This document shows positions 16,425-25,483 of a stretch of 32,650 nucleotides of DNA, piece after piece. Numbering within the stretch: position 1 is the stretch's first letter; the number at the start of each line of letters is the position of its first letter. The DNA comes from Pseudomonadota bacterium. GTDB taxonomy: Bacteria > Pseudomonadota > Alphaproteobacteria > Elsterales > Elsteraceae. The notes beneath the pieces were generated by a model. That model saw only the letters and a list, made by a program, of their open reading frames with translations. It did no database searches and had not been told where the DNA came from. Both the position numbers and the translations under genes were made by a program. Where the stretch lies: assembly GCA_016195115.1 (NCBI GenBank), contig JACQAI010000723.1, positions 1 to 32,650 on the forward strand. The letters are read 5' to 3'.

Positions 16425-17984
16425 CTAGACGCCGCCCGCGGCGTAGATCTGACGCAGGTCGCGCTTCAAGAGCTTGCCCGCGGTGTTGCGCGGCAGGGTC
16501 TCGGTGAAGATCACGCGCTTCGGCACCTTGTAGGGCGCCAGGCTCCGGCGCGCGTGCGCGACCAGCTCGGCCTCGGTCGCCTGCATGCCGGCGCGCACCA
16601 CGACCACGGCGGTCACCGCCTCGATCCATTTCGGGTCGGGCAGCGCGATCACGGCGACCTCGGACACCGCCGGATGGGTGAACAGCGCCTCCTCGACCTC
16701 GCGGCTGGCGACCACGACGCCGCCGGTGTTGATCACGTCCTTGATGCGGTCGACGATGTAGAGGTAGCCCGCATCGTCGAAATAGCCGACGTCGCCGGAA
16801 TGGAACCAACCGCCGGCGAAGGCCTCGGTGGTCTCCGCCGGCTTGTTCCAGTAGCTGTCGAGCAGCTGGGGGGAGCGATGGACGATCTCGCCCTGGGTGC
16901 CGGGCGGCACGTCGCGCATCTCGGCATCGACGACGCGCGTCTCGACGTTGAGCACCGGCCGGCCGCACGACGCCGGCCGCGCGTCGTGCTCCTCCGGCCG
17001 AAGGACGGTGGCGAGCGGCGCGATCTCGGTCTGGCCGTAGCAGTTGAACGCGCGCACCTTGGGCAGGCGCTGGCGCAGCTCATGGAGCACCGGCACCGGC
17101 ATGATCGAGGCGCCGTAGTAGAGGTTGACCAAGGAGCCGAGGTCGCGGCGATCGAAATCCGGGTGGCGCAGCAAGCTGATCCACACCGTCGGCGGCGCGA
17201 AGAACGAGGTGATGCGGTGCTGCTCGATCAGCCCGAGCACCTGCTCGGGCGCCGGCGCCTGGATCAGCACCGTGAAGGCGCCGATCAAGAGCTGCGGCAT
17301 GGTGAAGGCGTGCATCTGGGCGGTGTGGTAGAGCGGCAGCGCCGCCAGCGCGCGGTCGTCGCCGCGGAACTCCATGTTGTAGATGCAGCTCTGGTACTGG
17401 GTCAGGATCGCGCGGTGGGTCAGGGCCGCCCCTTTCGGAGCGGCAGTGGTGCCCGAGGTGTAGAGGATCTGCGCGACGTCGCCGTCGTCGAGCGGCGGAT
17501 CGAGCGTGGCGACGGTGTTGGCGCGCGCCGTCGCGAGCACGTCGATGGTGCCGCCGCCCTCGAACCTGCCGAACACCCGCACCGTGCCGAGGTCGCGCAC
17601 CGGCGCCAGGTTGTCCTCGAGCGCGACGTCGGCGATCAGCGCGGCGGCGCCCGACTGCTCGACGATGTAGCGCAGCTCGCCGCCGGTCAGGGCGTAGTTG
17701 ATCGGCACGTGGACCAGCCCGGCGCGCACGACCCCGAGCCAGAGCAAGAAGTAGGCATCGGAGTTGCGACCGTAGGCGGCGACGCGGTCGCCGCGCTTGA
17801 GGCCGAGCCCGAGCAGGCGCGCGGCGATGCGGTCGGCCGCCGCGTCGAGCTCGCGGTAGCGCCAGGTGCGATCGCCGTAGGCGAGCGCCGGCTGGTCGCC
17901 GAAACGCATCGCGGCGCGGTGCAGCGCGTCGCCGATGGTGTTGCGGCGCGCCCGCTGGCCGGCCGCGCCGCCCGCTGCCGCCAT
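16425..17984 (-). CDS. AMP-dependent acyl-CoA synthetase/ligase
   Basis: 519 aa from ATG 17984, which lies 2 nt after the PrpD-like stop. It has the AMP-binding motif ILYTSGTTAAPKGA, YGQTE, GWFHSGD, and a C-terminal PRNTAGKLLKR. Confidence 0.9.
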   Translation of the reverse strand: MAAAGGAAGQRARRNTIGDALHRAAMRFGDQPALAYGDRTWRYRELDAAADRIAARLLGLGLKRGDRVAAYGRNSDAYFLLWLGVVRAGLVHVPINYALTGGELRYIVEQSGAAALIADVALEDNLAPVRDLGTVRVFGRFEGGGTIDVLATARANTVATLDPPLDDGDVAQILYTSGTTAAPKGAALTHRAILTQYQSCIYNMEFRGDDRALAALPLYHTAQMHAFTMPQLLIGAFTVLIQAPAPEQVLGLIEQHRITSFFAPPTVWISLLRHPDFDRRDLGSLVNLYYGASIMPVPVLHELRQRLPKVRAFNCYGQTEIAPLATVLRPEEHDARPASCGRPVLNVETRVVDAEMRDVPPGTQGEIVHRSPQLLDSYWNKPAETTEAFAGGWFHSGDVGYFDDAGYLYIVDRIKDVINTGGVVVASREVEEALFTHPAVSEVAVIALPDPKWIEAVTAVVVVRAGMQATEAELVAHARRSLAPYKVPKRVIFTETLPRNTAGKLLKRDLRQIYAAGGV

Positions 17985-17986
17985 GC

Positions 17987-19384
17987 TCAGGAGGCGGCGC
18001 GCTTCGGGGCGGCCGCCGAATGCATCTTGAGGTCGCGCGCGCTGGCCAGGCGCTCGAGGCTGTCGAGCGCGGTGAACAAAGCGGCGCCGTCGGCCGCGGT
18101 CAGCTTGCCGGCGACGCAATCGTCGAACTTGGCGCGCAGCTCGGCGACGGAGAGCGGCGCCTCGATGCTGCCGCGGGCGTAGCGCATCGGCGGGCTCTTG
18201 ACCGTCTTGCCGCCGGCCAACGTCACGGTCACCTGATCAAAGGGTGCAAAGGGCACGCCCGGAATCGTGTCGGTGACAGTCTCGCAATGCACCTTGCCGA
18301 TCAGGCCCTGGATGTCGGCGCGGCGCACGTAGTCGTCGGTCAGCTCGCTCAAGCCGGCGCGGCGCGCCGTCAGGCCCGAGGCGACCGCGAACTCGATGCT
18401 GAACTTGGCCTCGAGCCCGGTGGTCGGGCGGTGGTTGCGCAGCATCTTGAGCGCGACGTCGCCGATCAGCACGTCGACCCGCTCGACCTGCGCGGGATCG
18501 ATGTCGTGCGCCGCGGCGAGATCGACCACGCCGTCGACCACGCGGTGGGTGCAGTAGCACATCGGGTACTGCTTGACGTTGAGCCCCTGGTCGACCGAGC
18601 GCCAGGTCTTGCCCAGGTCCATGGCGCTATCGAGGTCGACCGCGCCCTTGGGTGCGAATGCATTCAGGTAGCCGCTCGGATGCTCGAGCGCATCCAGCGA
18701 CGCCGTCAAGCCGGCGGCGGCGAGCCGCGCCGCGACGACGCCCGACTGCGCCGAACGGCCGACCTGCAGCGGTTTCATCATGGTGCCGAAATTGGCGACC
18801 ACGCCGCTCGCCTCCGAGGCCGCGATCGCCATCGCGGTGGCGGCCTTCTCGGCGTCGAGCTTGCGCAGCGCCGCGCACGCCGCGGCGGCACCGACGGCGC
18901 CGAAGATGCAGGTCGGATGCCAGCCCTTGGCGTGCAACCGATCGGTCTGCCGCGCCAGCAGCTCGGCCCAGACCTCGTAGCCGGCGACGTAGGCCGTGAT
19001 CATGTCCTGGCCCGACGCGCCGAGCGCCTCGGCCTCGGCGACGATCGCGGGCACCAGCACGGCGCTCGGATGGCCGTCGAGCGCGACGTCGTCGTAGTCG
19101 AAGGCATGGCCGGCGGCGCCGTTGACCAGCGCGGCGTCGAGCGCCGAGACCGGCTCGCCCGACGGCAGCAGCCGCGCCTCGCCTTGGTTGGCGCCCCTAT
19201 TCGCGAGGGGGGCGGTCAGCACGTCGCGCGCGATCGCCGCCACCGGCTCGCTGCTGCCCGCGATCATCACCGCGATGCAGTCCGTAAAGCCGAGCTTGGC
19301 GACCGCGATCGACTGCGCCGGCAGCTGCGCGAAGCGAATCTCGGAAACGAAACGCCCGAGCTCTCGGGTCAGCGGAATGGCCAT
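17987..19384 (-). CDS. MmgE/PrpD-family protein (2-methylcitrate dehydratase-like superfamily)
   Basis: 465 aa from ATG 19384, preceded by GAGGAG. The typical N-terminus is LTRELGRFVSEIRFAQLPAQSIAVAKLGFTDCIAVMIAGS. It continues with an internal GHAFDYDD and KQYPMCYCTH. Confidence 0.9.
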   Translation of the reverse strand: MAIPLTRELGRFVSEIRFAQLPAQSIAVAKLGFTDCIAVMIAGSSEPVAAIARDVLTAPLANRGANQGEARLLPSGEPVSALDAALVNGAAGHAFDYDDVALDGHPSAVLVPAIVAEAEALGASGQDMITAYVAGYEVWAELLARQTDRLHAKGWHPTCIFGAVGAAAACAALRKLDAEKAATAMAIAASEASGVVANFGTMMKPLQVGRSAQSGVVAARLAAAGLTASLDALEHPSGYLNAFAPKGAVDLDSAMDLGKTWRSVDQGLNVKQYPMCYCTHRVVDGVVDLAAAHDIDPAQVERVDVLIGDVALKMLRNHRPTTGLEAKFSIEFAVASGLTARRAGLSELTDDYVRRADIQGLIGKVHCETVTDTIPGVPFAPFDQVTVTLAGGKTVKSPPMRYARGSIEAPLSVAELRAKFDDCVAGKLTAADGAALFTALDSLERLASARDLKMHSAAAPKRAAS

Positions 19385-19394
19385 GACGATCTCC

Positions 19395-20318
19395 TCACGC
19401 GGCGCGGGCGAAATTCTTGGGCAGGCCGGCCTTGGCCATATTGCCATAGAGCTGCAGGTTGGGCAGCGCTGTCTTGAGGATCTCGCGCACCCCGATCAGC
19501 TTGTCGAGATCGACGCCGGTCTTGAGACCCATCGCCTCGAGCAGGAAGACGAGATCCTCCATGACGATGTTGCCGGTCGCGCCGGGCGCGTAGGGGCAGC
19601 CGCCGAAGCCGCCCAGCGAGGCGTCGAAGGCGCGCACCCCGGCCTCGACCGCGGCGTGGACGTTGGCCAGGCCGAGCCCGCGGGTGTCGTGGAAATGCGC
19701 CGCCACCGGCAAGGAGCCGACCTCGGCGATCACGGCCGTGAAGACGCGGCCGACCGCGGCCGGGTTGCCGTAGCCGACCGTGTCGGCGACGACGATCTCG
19801 TCGGCCCCCGCCGCGACGAACTCAGCGGCGAAGCGGCGCACGCGGTCCTCGTCGACCTTGCCCTCGATGGTGCAACCAAAGGCAGTCGCCAGGCAGCCGA
19901 CGACCTTCGGTCGCTTCGGCCCGGCGGCGGCGCACAAATCGACGACGCGGGCGAAATCCTCCATCGACTGCGCGCACGAACGCCGCACGTTGGATTGGTT
20001 ATGCCCTTCACTGACCGACATCACGTAGTTGAGCTTGTGGACGCCGGTCGTGATGCCGCGCTCGGCACCCTTGAGGTTGGGGATCAGCGCCGCGACCGTC
20101 AGCTTGGGGATGGTCAGCGCGTGGGCGACGATCTCGCTAGCGTCGGCGAGCTGCGGCAGCAGCTTCGGGGGCACGAACGACGACACCTCGATCTCCGGCA
20201 TGCCGGCGGCGGCCTCGGCGGTGCACCATGTCTTCTTGGTCGCGGTCGGCATGATGTCCGGGATGCTCTGCAGCCCGTCGCGCATGCCGACTTCGCGGAC
20301 GACGACATCGATGGTCAT
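19395..20318 (-). CDS. HMG-CoA lyase-family (DRE-TIM) acyl-CoA lyase
   Basis: 307 aa. Motifs are VREVGMRDGLQS, EVSSFVPPK and HFHDTRGLGLANV..AFDASLGGFGGCPYAPGATGN. Confidence 0.9.
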   Translation of the reverse strand: MTIDVVVREVGMRDGLQSIPDIMPTATKKTWCTAEAAAGMPEIEVSSFVPPKLLPQLADASEIVAHALTIPKLTVAALIPNLKGAERGITTGVHKLNYVMSVSEGHNQSNVRRSCAQSMEDFARVVDLCAAAGPKRPKVVGCLATAFGCTIEGKVDEDRVRRFAAEFVAAGADEIVVADTVGYGNPAAVGRVFTAVIAEVGSLPVAAHFHDTRGLGLANVHAAVEAGVRAFDASLGGFGGCPYAPGATGNIVMEDLVFLLEAMGLKTGVDLDKLIGVREILKTALPNLQLYGNMAKAGLPKNFARAA

Positions 20319-20333
20319 GGCAGGTCTCTCCGG

Positions 20334-21128
20334 TCAGCGGCCGACGAAGTCGGGCTTGCGCTTCTCGTTGTAGGCGCGCACGCCCTCGAGCCTATCTTGG
20401 GTCGGCACCAGGCGGTTGTAAGCCTCGATCTCGAAGAACGTGCCGGTGCGCAGGTCCATCTGCAAGCCGTGGTGGATCGCCTGCTTGGCTTGACGCACCG
20501 ACAGGGGCGCGTTGGCGCAGATCGCGCGCGCGACCTCGAGCGCGTCGGCGAGCGTCTTGTCGGGTTCGCACAGCTGGTTGACGATGCCCCACTCGTAGGC
20601 CTGCTCGGCGGTGAACGGTCGGCCGGTCAGGATGATCTCCTTGGCGCGGCGCTCGCCGACGATGCGCGGCAAGGTCTGGGTGCCGGTGCCGCCCGGCATG
20701 ATGCCGATCGTCACCTCGGTGAGCGCGAAGCGCGCCGCCGTCGAGGCGTAGGTGAAGTCGCAGGCCAACGTCATCTCGAGGCCGCCGGCGTAGGCGTGGC
20801 CGTTGACCGCGGCGATCAGCGGGATCGGGCAATCGAGGATCATGCGGAAGCCGCGCTCGAACAGCGCGTGCTGGGCGAGCCACACGGCATCCGTCATGCC
20901 GTTGCGCTCCTTCAAGTCGCCGCCGCCGCAGAACGCCTTGGTGCCGGCGCCGGTCAGGACGATGCAGCGCGCCCGATCGGGGTCGGCGACCAGCCCGGTG
21001 AACAGATCGAGCAGATCGTGGCCCATCTGGGTGTTGATCGCGTTGGAGACCTGCGGCCGGTTGAGCGTGACGAGCATGAGCTTGTCGTCGCGCGTCTCGA
21101 CCAGCAGGGTCTCGTAGCTGTCGCTCAT
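20334..21128 (-). CDS. Enoyl-CoA hydratase/isomerase (crotonase) family protein
   Basis: 264 aa from ATG 21128, preceded by GAGGAGGA. Motifs are VLTGAGTKAFCGGGDLKE and AAVNGHAYAGGLEMTLACDF. The track start at 21182 adds an unlikely 18 aa. Confidence 0.9.
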   Translation of the reverse strand: MSDSYETLLVETRDDKLMLVTLNRPQVSNAINTQMGHDLLDLFTGLVADPDRARCIVLTGAGTKAFCGGGDLKERNGMTDAVWLAQHALFERGFRMILDCPIPLIAAVNGHAYAGGLEMTLACDFTYASTAARFALTEVTIGIMPGGTGTQTLPRIVGERRAKEIILTGRPFTAEQAYEWGIVNQLCEPDKTLADALEVARAICANAPLSVRQAKQAIHHGLQMDLRTGTFFEIEAYNRLVPTQDRLEGVRAYNEKRKPDFVGR

Positions 21129-21207
21129 CTTCCGTCCTCCTCGGCGGATCGAGAGCGTAGGACGGGCGTCCCCGGGGGTCAAATCACCGGCTTGCCAAAC
21201 AAATAAT

Positions 21208-21290
21208 CGTCATCCCGGCGAAAGCCGGGATCCAGGATCGCGTGACGGACACCGCGCACATGACCCCTGGGTCCCCGCTTTCGCGGGGAC
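21208..21290. repeat. Inverted pair of REP-like elements in the promoter region of the crotonase operon
   Basis: CGTCATCCCGGCGAAAGCCGGGATCCAGG (21208-21236) is paired with CCTGGGTCCCCGCTTTCGCGGGGAC (21266-21290) in opposite orientation. They belong to the same family as the copies at 14513 and 15585-15667. Confidence 0.6.
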
Positions 21291-21292
21291 AA

Positions 21293-21320
21293 GTTAGGGC
21301 GTCGCAAGCGACGCCCTAAC
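21293..21320. terminator. 12-13 bp perfect palindrome overlapping the DUF3126 stop codon (possible terminator)
   Basis: GTTAGGGCGTCGC-AA-GCGACGCCCTAAC. The stop codon (reverse complement of CTA 21316-21318) lies inside the right arm. No clear U-tract is present on the minus strand. Confidence 0.35.
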
Positions 21321-21561
21321 TTGGTTTGCCCTTGGGCGGGACCAGGCTGGCGGGCGGCAGGTCGATCTCCAGGATCGTGATGTGCAGCGCGTAGGAGACC
21401 TCGCCGTCCTCCTCGTCGCGATGCAGCACGCCGATGAACTCCTCGCCGATCCGCACTTCGACCGGGGCGTTGCGCCGTGGGGGTGGATCGATGGTGATCT
21501 GCTCGTTGCCGAAGGTCCGGCGGAGATAATCCTGCACCCGTGCGATGTCGTTGGGCGTCAT
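21316..21561 (-). CDS. DUF3126-family small protein
   Basis: 81 aa from ATG 21561: MTPNDIARVQDYLRRTFGNEQITIDPPPRRNAPVEVRIGEEFIGVLHRDEEDGEVSYALHITILEIDL. This matches my recollection of the conserved alphaproteobacterial DUF3126 pattern. Confidence 0.7.
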   Translation of the reverse strand: MTPNDIARVQDYLRRTFGNEQITIDPPPRRNAPVEVRIGEEFIGVLHRDEEDGEVSYALHITILEIDLPPASLVPPKGKPS

Positions 21562-21641
21562 GCGTGCTCCCGGCCGGTGGCTGCGTACGCACGGCACAAT
21601 AAGGTCCCCACCGGCGGCTTCAAGGGCAAAGGCACGGCCGG

Positions 21642-21670
21642 TTGACGGGCCCGCCGCGGGGCGGGCTAAT
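21642..21670 (+). promoter_or_regulatory. Candidate sigma-70-type promoter for the opine-dehydrogenase-like gene
   Basis: TTGACG (21642-21647), a 17-nt spacer, then GCTAAT (21665-21670), about 43 nt upstream of GTG 21713. This is a sequence match only. Confidence 0.3.
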
Positions 21671-21712
21671 GGCCGGTCGCACGGACGGGCAGACGCAGCG
21701 AGGGAGACGCGT

Positions 21713-22819
21713 GTGGCAGAGCACGGCAAGGCGACGGTCGCCATCATCGGCGCCGGCATCGGTGGCCTCTATCTGATCGCCGAGCTCGGCTGCGCCGGCC
21801 ATGCGCTGCGCCTGCACGACATCGACGATGCCAAGCTCGCCGACGTGCGGGAACGCGGCGGCCTCGACGTCGAGGGCCGCGGCTTCGCCGCGGTCGCGCG
21901 GGTCACGACCGATTTGGCTGCCGCGGTCGACGGCGCCGACATCATCGTCGTGTGCACCGGCGGCAACGCGCAGGAAGCCGTCGCGCGCGCGCTGGCGCCG
22001 CGGCTGCACGATGGCCAGACCATCCTGCTGATCCAAGGCAACACCGGCGGCGCGCTGGTGGTGCGGCGCGCGCTCGACGCGGCCGGCTGCCGCGCCCCGG
22101 TCGACGTCTCCGAGATGGACAACTACCCGTACTCGAACTTGCGGCTCGGGCCGACGCGCATCAAGCCGATCGTGCGCAAGCGCTTCCTGCAGATCGCGGC
22201 GTTCCCGGGTACGCGCAGCGACGCCGCGTTCGCGCGCCTGGCGCCGCTGTTCCCGACCGCGGTGGCGGCGCCGACCGTCGTGCACACCGGCTTCACCAAC
22301 GCCAACGCCATGCTGCACGTCGCCAACTGCGTCGCCAACGCGACCAAGATCGAGCGCGCAGAGAGCTACAAGTTCTACGCCGAGGGCGTGACCCCGGCGG
22401 TGGCGCGGCTCTACGAGGCGATCAACGCCGAGCGCGTCGCGGTGGCCGCGGCCTTGGGCGCGAGCGTGCCCACCTTGGCGGACTGGTTCGAGCGCACCTA
22501 CGGCGTGCGCGGCGCCGACCTGGTCGAGACCTGCCAACTCCTGACCACCAACCGCGACGGACCCTACCAGGCGACCGGCACGCCGAAGTCGCTCGAGCAC
22601 AAGTTCATCGTCGAGGATGTGCCGACCGGGCTGGTGCCGATGGCCGCGCTGGGCGCCGCCGCCGGCGTCGCGACCCCGGCGCTGAGCGCGCTGATCGACA
22701 TCGCCCAGCGCCTGCTCGGCCGATCCCTCGCCGCCGAGGCCCGCACCCTCGAGCGCCTCGGCCTGGCCGGCATGACCGCGGCCCAGATCCGCCGCGTCGT
22801 CGAGCACGGCTTCGGCTGA
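21713..22819 (+). CDS. NAD(P)-dependent opine (octopine/nopaline) dehydrogenase-family protein
   Basis: 368 aa from GTG 21713, with AGGGAG 7 nt upstream. It has the Rossmann motif VAIIGAGIGGLYLIAEL and an opine-DH-like C-terminal domain (YKFYAEGVTPAVARLYEAINAERVAVAAALG...FIVEDVPTGLVPMAALG). Confidence 0.8.
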   Translation: MAEHGKATVAIIGAGIGGLYLIAELGCAGHALRLHDIDDAKLADVRERGGLDVEGRGFAAVARVTTDLAAAVDGADIIVVCTGGNAQEAVARALAPRLHDGQTILLIQGNTGGALVVRRALDAAGCRAPVDVSEMDNYPYSNLRLGPTRIKPIVRKRFLQIAAFPGTRSDAAFARLAPLFPTAVAAPTVVHTGFTNANAMLHVANCVANATKIERAESYKFYAEGVTPAVARLYEAINAERVAVAAALGASVPTLADWFERTYGVRGADLVETCQLLTTNRDGPYQATGTPKSLEHKFIVEDVPTGLVPMAALGAAAGVATPALSALIDIAQRLLGRSLAAEARTLERLGLAGMTAAQIRRVVEHGFG

Positions 22820-22826
22820 GCCCGGC

Positions 22827-24314
22827 ATGGCTCACGCTGATATCGGCGCGGTCGCGGGTCGCCTGCTGGTCGGCCTGGCCGACCGCAAATATCTCGAGCG
22901 CGAGTGGGCCGCCGCCTTGGCGCTCTACCGGGCCGCCCACGAGCGCCATCCGGCGATCTCCGCAGAGCGCGGCTTGCCGCTGATGATCGGCCACTGCGCC
23001 ATCGAGGCGGCGGACCCGCCGCAGCTCGAGACCCTCGTCCTCGAGACCGGGGCGGTCACGGAGTCGCCGCGCAGCCAGACCTTCACGCACGACATGCTGG
23101 TGCGGGCCAAGAATTTGGCGTCGGGCGGCGAATACCTGCGGGCATCGCGCCTGCTGAACTTCCTGGCGTCTTGGTTCAAGCCGCTCGAGCAGACCTATGG
23201 CGAGGGCTTGCTGACCGGCAGCTCCGATTGGCGATCCGCGTTCGACCGTCCCGACAATCGCGATCCGCCCGTGGTGGCGGCCGAGCGCCTTCATGACCTG
23301 CCGGTTCAAGATCTGCGCGCGCGCTACGCCGGGCGACGCCTCCTGGTGGTCGCGCGGCGCAGTTTTTTCGGCGGCGCGCACCGCCAATACGACGTGATCG
23401 ACAATCTTGCGCGGACCGCCACCGAATTCGGCCTGGCGGTTCGCGAGCATCACTCGCATCCGCCGCATCCGTTTCTCGATCGTGCCAGCTTCATCGCGAC
23501 GCTGCAGACCGCGATCGACGATTTTCAGCCGGCCGTCATCCTGTTCGAGGAGCTGTTCGCCGGCGGATTTTCCGCCGAGCCCGAGGCCGTGAAGCCGGTG
23601 ACCGAGATCCTGGCCAGCGCCCGCGCGCGCTTCGGCACGCGCATCATCACGACCTATACCGACGCCTGGGACATGGTGAACCGGCCCGGCAATCCGCTGT
23701 ACACGGGATTGGGCGAGCTGGTCGACGTCGTGCACCATTGCCATCCGGCGGCGCTCGATCAGGCATCGCCTGAACAGCGCGCGGCCACCTGCTGCTTCAC
23801 GCTGCCGACCTGGAATCCCGGGCTGACCAGCGCCGCCGGCACGATCCCGCGCGGCTGCTTCATCGGCAGCATGTCCTATATCAACATGTCGCGGCTGGCG
23901 TGGTGGGTCGAGACCCAGCGCGCGGGCTTGCCGATCGACTTCATCGAGACGTTCCAGACCAGTCCGGAGCTCGCGTCGGACCGTGCCTACATGGAGACCC
24001 TGAGGTCCCACCAGCTGTCGATCAACCTGACCCGACGCGCGACCGGCGCGACCATCCTGACCGGCCGTACCATCGAGACCATGCTGGCCGGCGGGGTGCT
24101 GGTCGAAGAGGACTCGGTCGATACGCGGTATTTCTTCAAGCCGGGCATCCATTTCATGCCGTTCAAGACGCTGGCCGATCTGCGCGAGATCACCGCGGCC
24201 CTGCTCGACGATCCGGCCCGGCGGCACGCCCTGGCGGCGGAAGGTCACCGCTGGGCGGCGAAATACTGCACCGGGACATATTTCTGGGCGGCGGTGCTGG
24301 CGCATTTGGGCTGA
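22827..24314 (+). CDS. Large protein with a C-terminal CgeB-like glycosyltransferase (Glyco_trans_1_2-type) domain
   Basis: 495 aa, starting 7 nt after the upstream stop. The C-terminus (GRTIETMLAGGVLVEEDSVDTRYFFKPGIHFMPFKTLADLREITAALLDDPARRHALAAEGHRWA) fits the CgeB/DUF3880-associated GT pattern. I do not recognise the N-terminal ~330 aa. Confidence 0.65.
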   Translation: MAHADIGAVAGRLLVGLADRKYLEREWAAALALYRAAHERHPAISAERGLPLMIGHCAIEAADPPQLETLVLETGAVTESPRSQTFTHDMLVRAKNLASGGEYLRASRLLNFLASWFKPLEQTYGEGLLTGSSDWRSAFDRPDNRDPPVVAAERLHDLPVQDLRARYAGRRLLVVARRSFFGGAHRQYDVIDNLARTATEFGLAVREHHSHPPHPFLDRASFIATLQTAIDDFQPAVILFEELFAGGFSAEPEAVKPVTEILASARARFGTRIITTYTDAWDMVNRPGNPLYTGLGELVDVVHHCHPAALDQASPEQRAATCCFTLPTWNPGLTSAAGTIPRGCFIGSMSYINMSRLAWWVETQRAGLPIDFIETFQTSPELASDRAYMETLRSHQLSINLTRRATGATILTGRTIETMLAGGVLVEEDSVDTRYFFKPGIHFMPFKTLADLREITAALLDDPARRHALAAEGHRWAAKYCTGTYFWAAVLAHLG

Positions 24315-24491
24315 GGCGTTGCGCCGACGGCTGCGGCGCGCTGCTGATTTGACCCCGGCATTCCGGGAGGACTACCCTGGCGCCCGCGTCGAACCGCCGA
24401 TGGGCACCGGAAAACGGCACGCCATGGTGACGTCCTGCCGAGAGCCGCAGCATTGATCGAGCCGCCGCCGCATCGGTGGGCGCGGCCGGGC

Positions 24492-25469
24492 ATGCCCGAC
24501 GAGGACCTCGACATCTTGCGCGCGTTCTTTCACGAGGTGAACGTCACCTCGCCCGAAACGCGCGCGCTGTTCGCCGCGATGCTGAGCCAGGTCCGGCGCA
24601 AAGCGCGCGCCGCGATCGCCGAGCCGCCGAGCGAGGCCGCCGCGCGCATCGCCGGTCAAATACTGGCCGAGGGGATCGCCGACCTCGGCACGCGGATCGA
24701 CGCGTCGACGGTCGCGGCGATGCGGGCGTATTTCGAGGCCGCGCCGATCTATGCCGGCCACACGACCGAGGACTCCGACCTCGTGGCACGCGATTTCGAG
24801 GTGCTGCGGCGAACCTCCCACTACGGGTGCTACGACCGCCGCACCATCCTGGGCTGTCCCCATCTGGTGGAAATCGCCAACGACCCCCAGCTCCTGCAGA
24901 TCGCCGAGGCTTATCTCGGCTGCCCGCCGACGATCTATCACATCAATGCCTGGTGGTCGTTTGCGCAGGCCGGCACGGCCGCGTCGGTGTCCCAGAGCCT
25001 GCACCGGGACATGGACGATCTCCGCTTCCTTACCTTGTTCATTTTCCTGACGCCGGTCGGCCCCAGGAACGGCGCGCACCGCTACATCAAATACAGCCAC
25101 GACAAGACCGTCCTGACCCAGGTCCTCAAGGCCGCCGGATGGCAGGACGCCGCGTTGCAAGCCCTGGTCTATCCGCTGTTTCTGGGCGATGTCTACGACG
25201 CCAGCGCGAAGGCCGACGCCTTGCTGGGCCAATTCGAGATGGTCTGGACCGGTCCGGCCGGGTCCGCCGTCTTGGCCGACACGCACGGTCTGCACATGGG
25301 GCTGCCGCTGCATGAGGGTGAACGCTTGATGCTGTGGGTGCGCTACGGGCTGGGCCCGAATCACATCTCGTTCGGCGGCGGGACCGGCGAGTTTGCCGCG
25401 ATGCTCAACCCGCGGCTGCCGCAGACCGCGCGGGCGCGCTACATCAATCGCCTGTTGCTGACCGACTGA
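24492..25469 (+). CDS. PhyH-like Fe(II)/2-oxoglutarate-dependent oxygenase
   Basis: It has the HxD motif (SLHRDMDD) and a distal His (LADTHGLHMG) in a PhyH-like context (IYHINAWWS). The start is ambiguous between ATG 24492 and TTG 24453. Confidence 0.65.
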   Translation: MPDEDLDILRAFFHEVNVTSPETRALFAAMLSQVRRKARAAIAEPPSEAAARIAGQILAEGIADLGTRIDASTVAAMRAYFEAAPIYAGHTTEDSDLVARDFEVLRRTSHYGCYDRRTILGCPHLVEIANDPQLLQIAEAYLGCPPTIYHINAWWSFAQAGTAASVSQSLHRDMDDLRFLTLFIFLTPVGPRNGAHRYIKYSHDKTVLTQVLKAAGWQDAALQALVYPLFLGDVYDASAKADALLGQFEMVWTGPAGSAVLADTHGLHMGLPLHEGERLMLWVRYGLGPNHISFGGGTGEFAAMLNPRLPQTARARYINRLLLTD

Positions 25470-25483
25470 GCCGGTCCGTCAGC

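Noticed and set aside
21545-21712. N-terminal extension of the opine-dehydrogenase-like ORF (track start 21545)
   Set aside because: The extension overlaps the divergent DUF3126 gene start and the promoter region, and it is Arg/Ala-rich. GTG 21713 has an AGGGAG RBS and lies immediately before the Rossmann motif.
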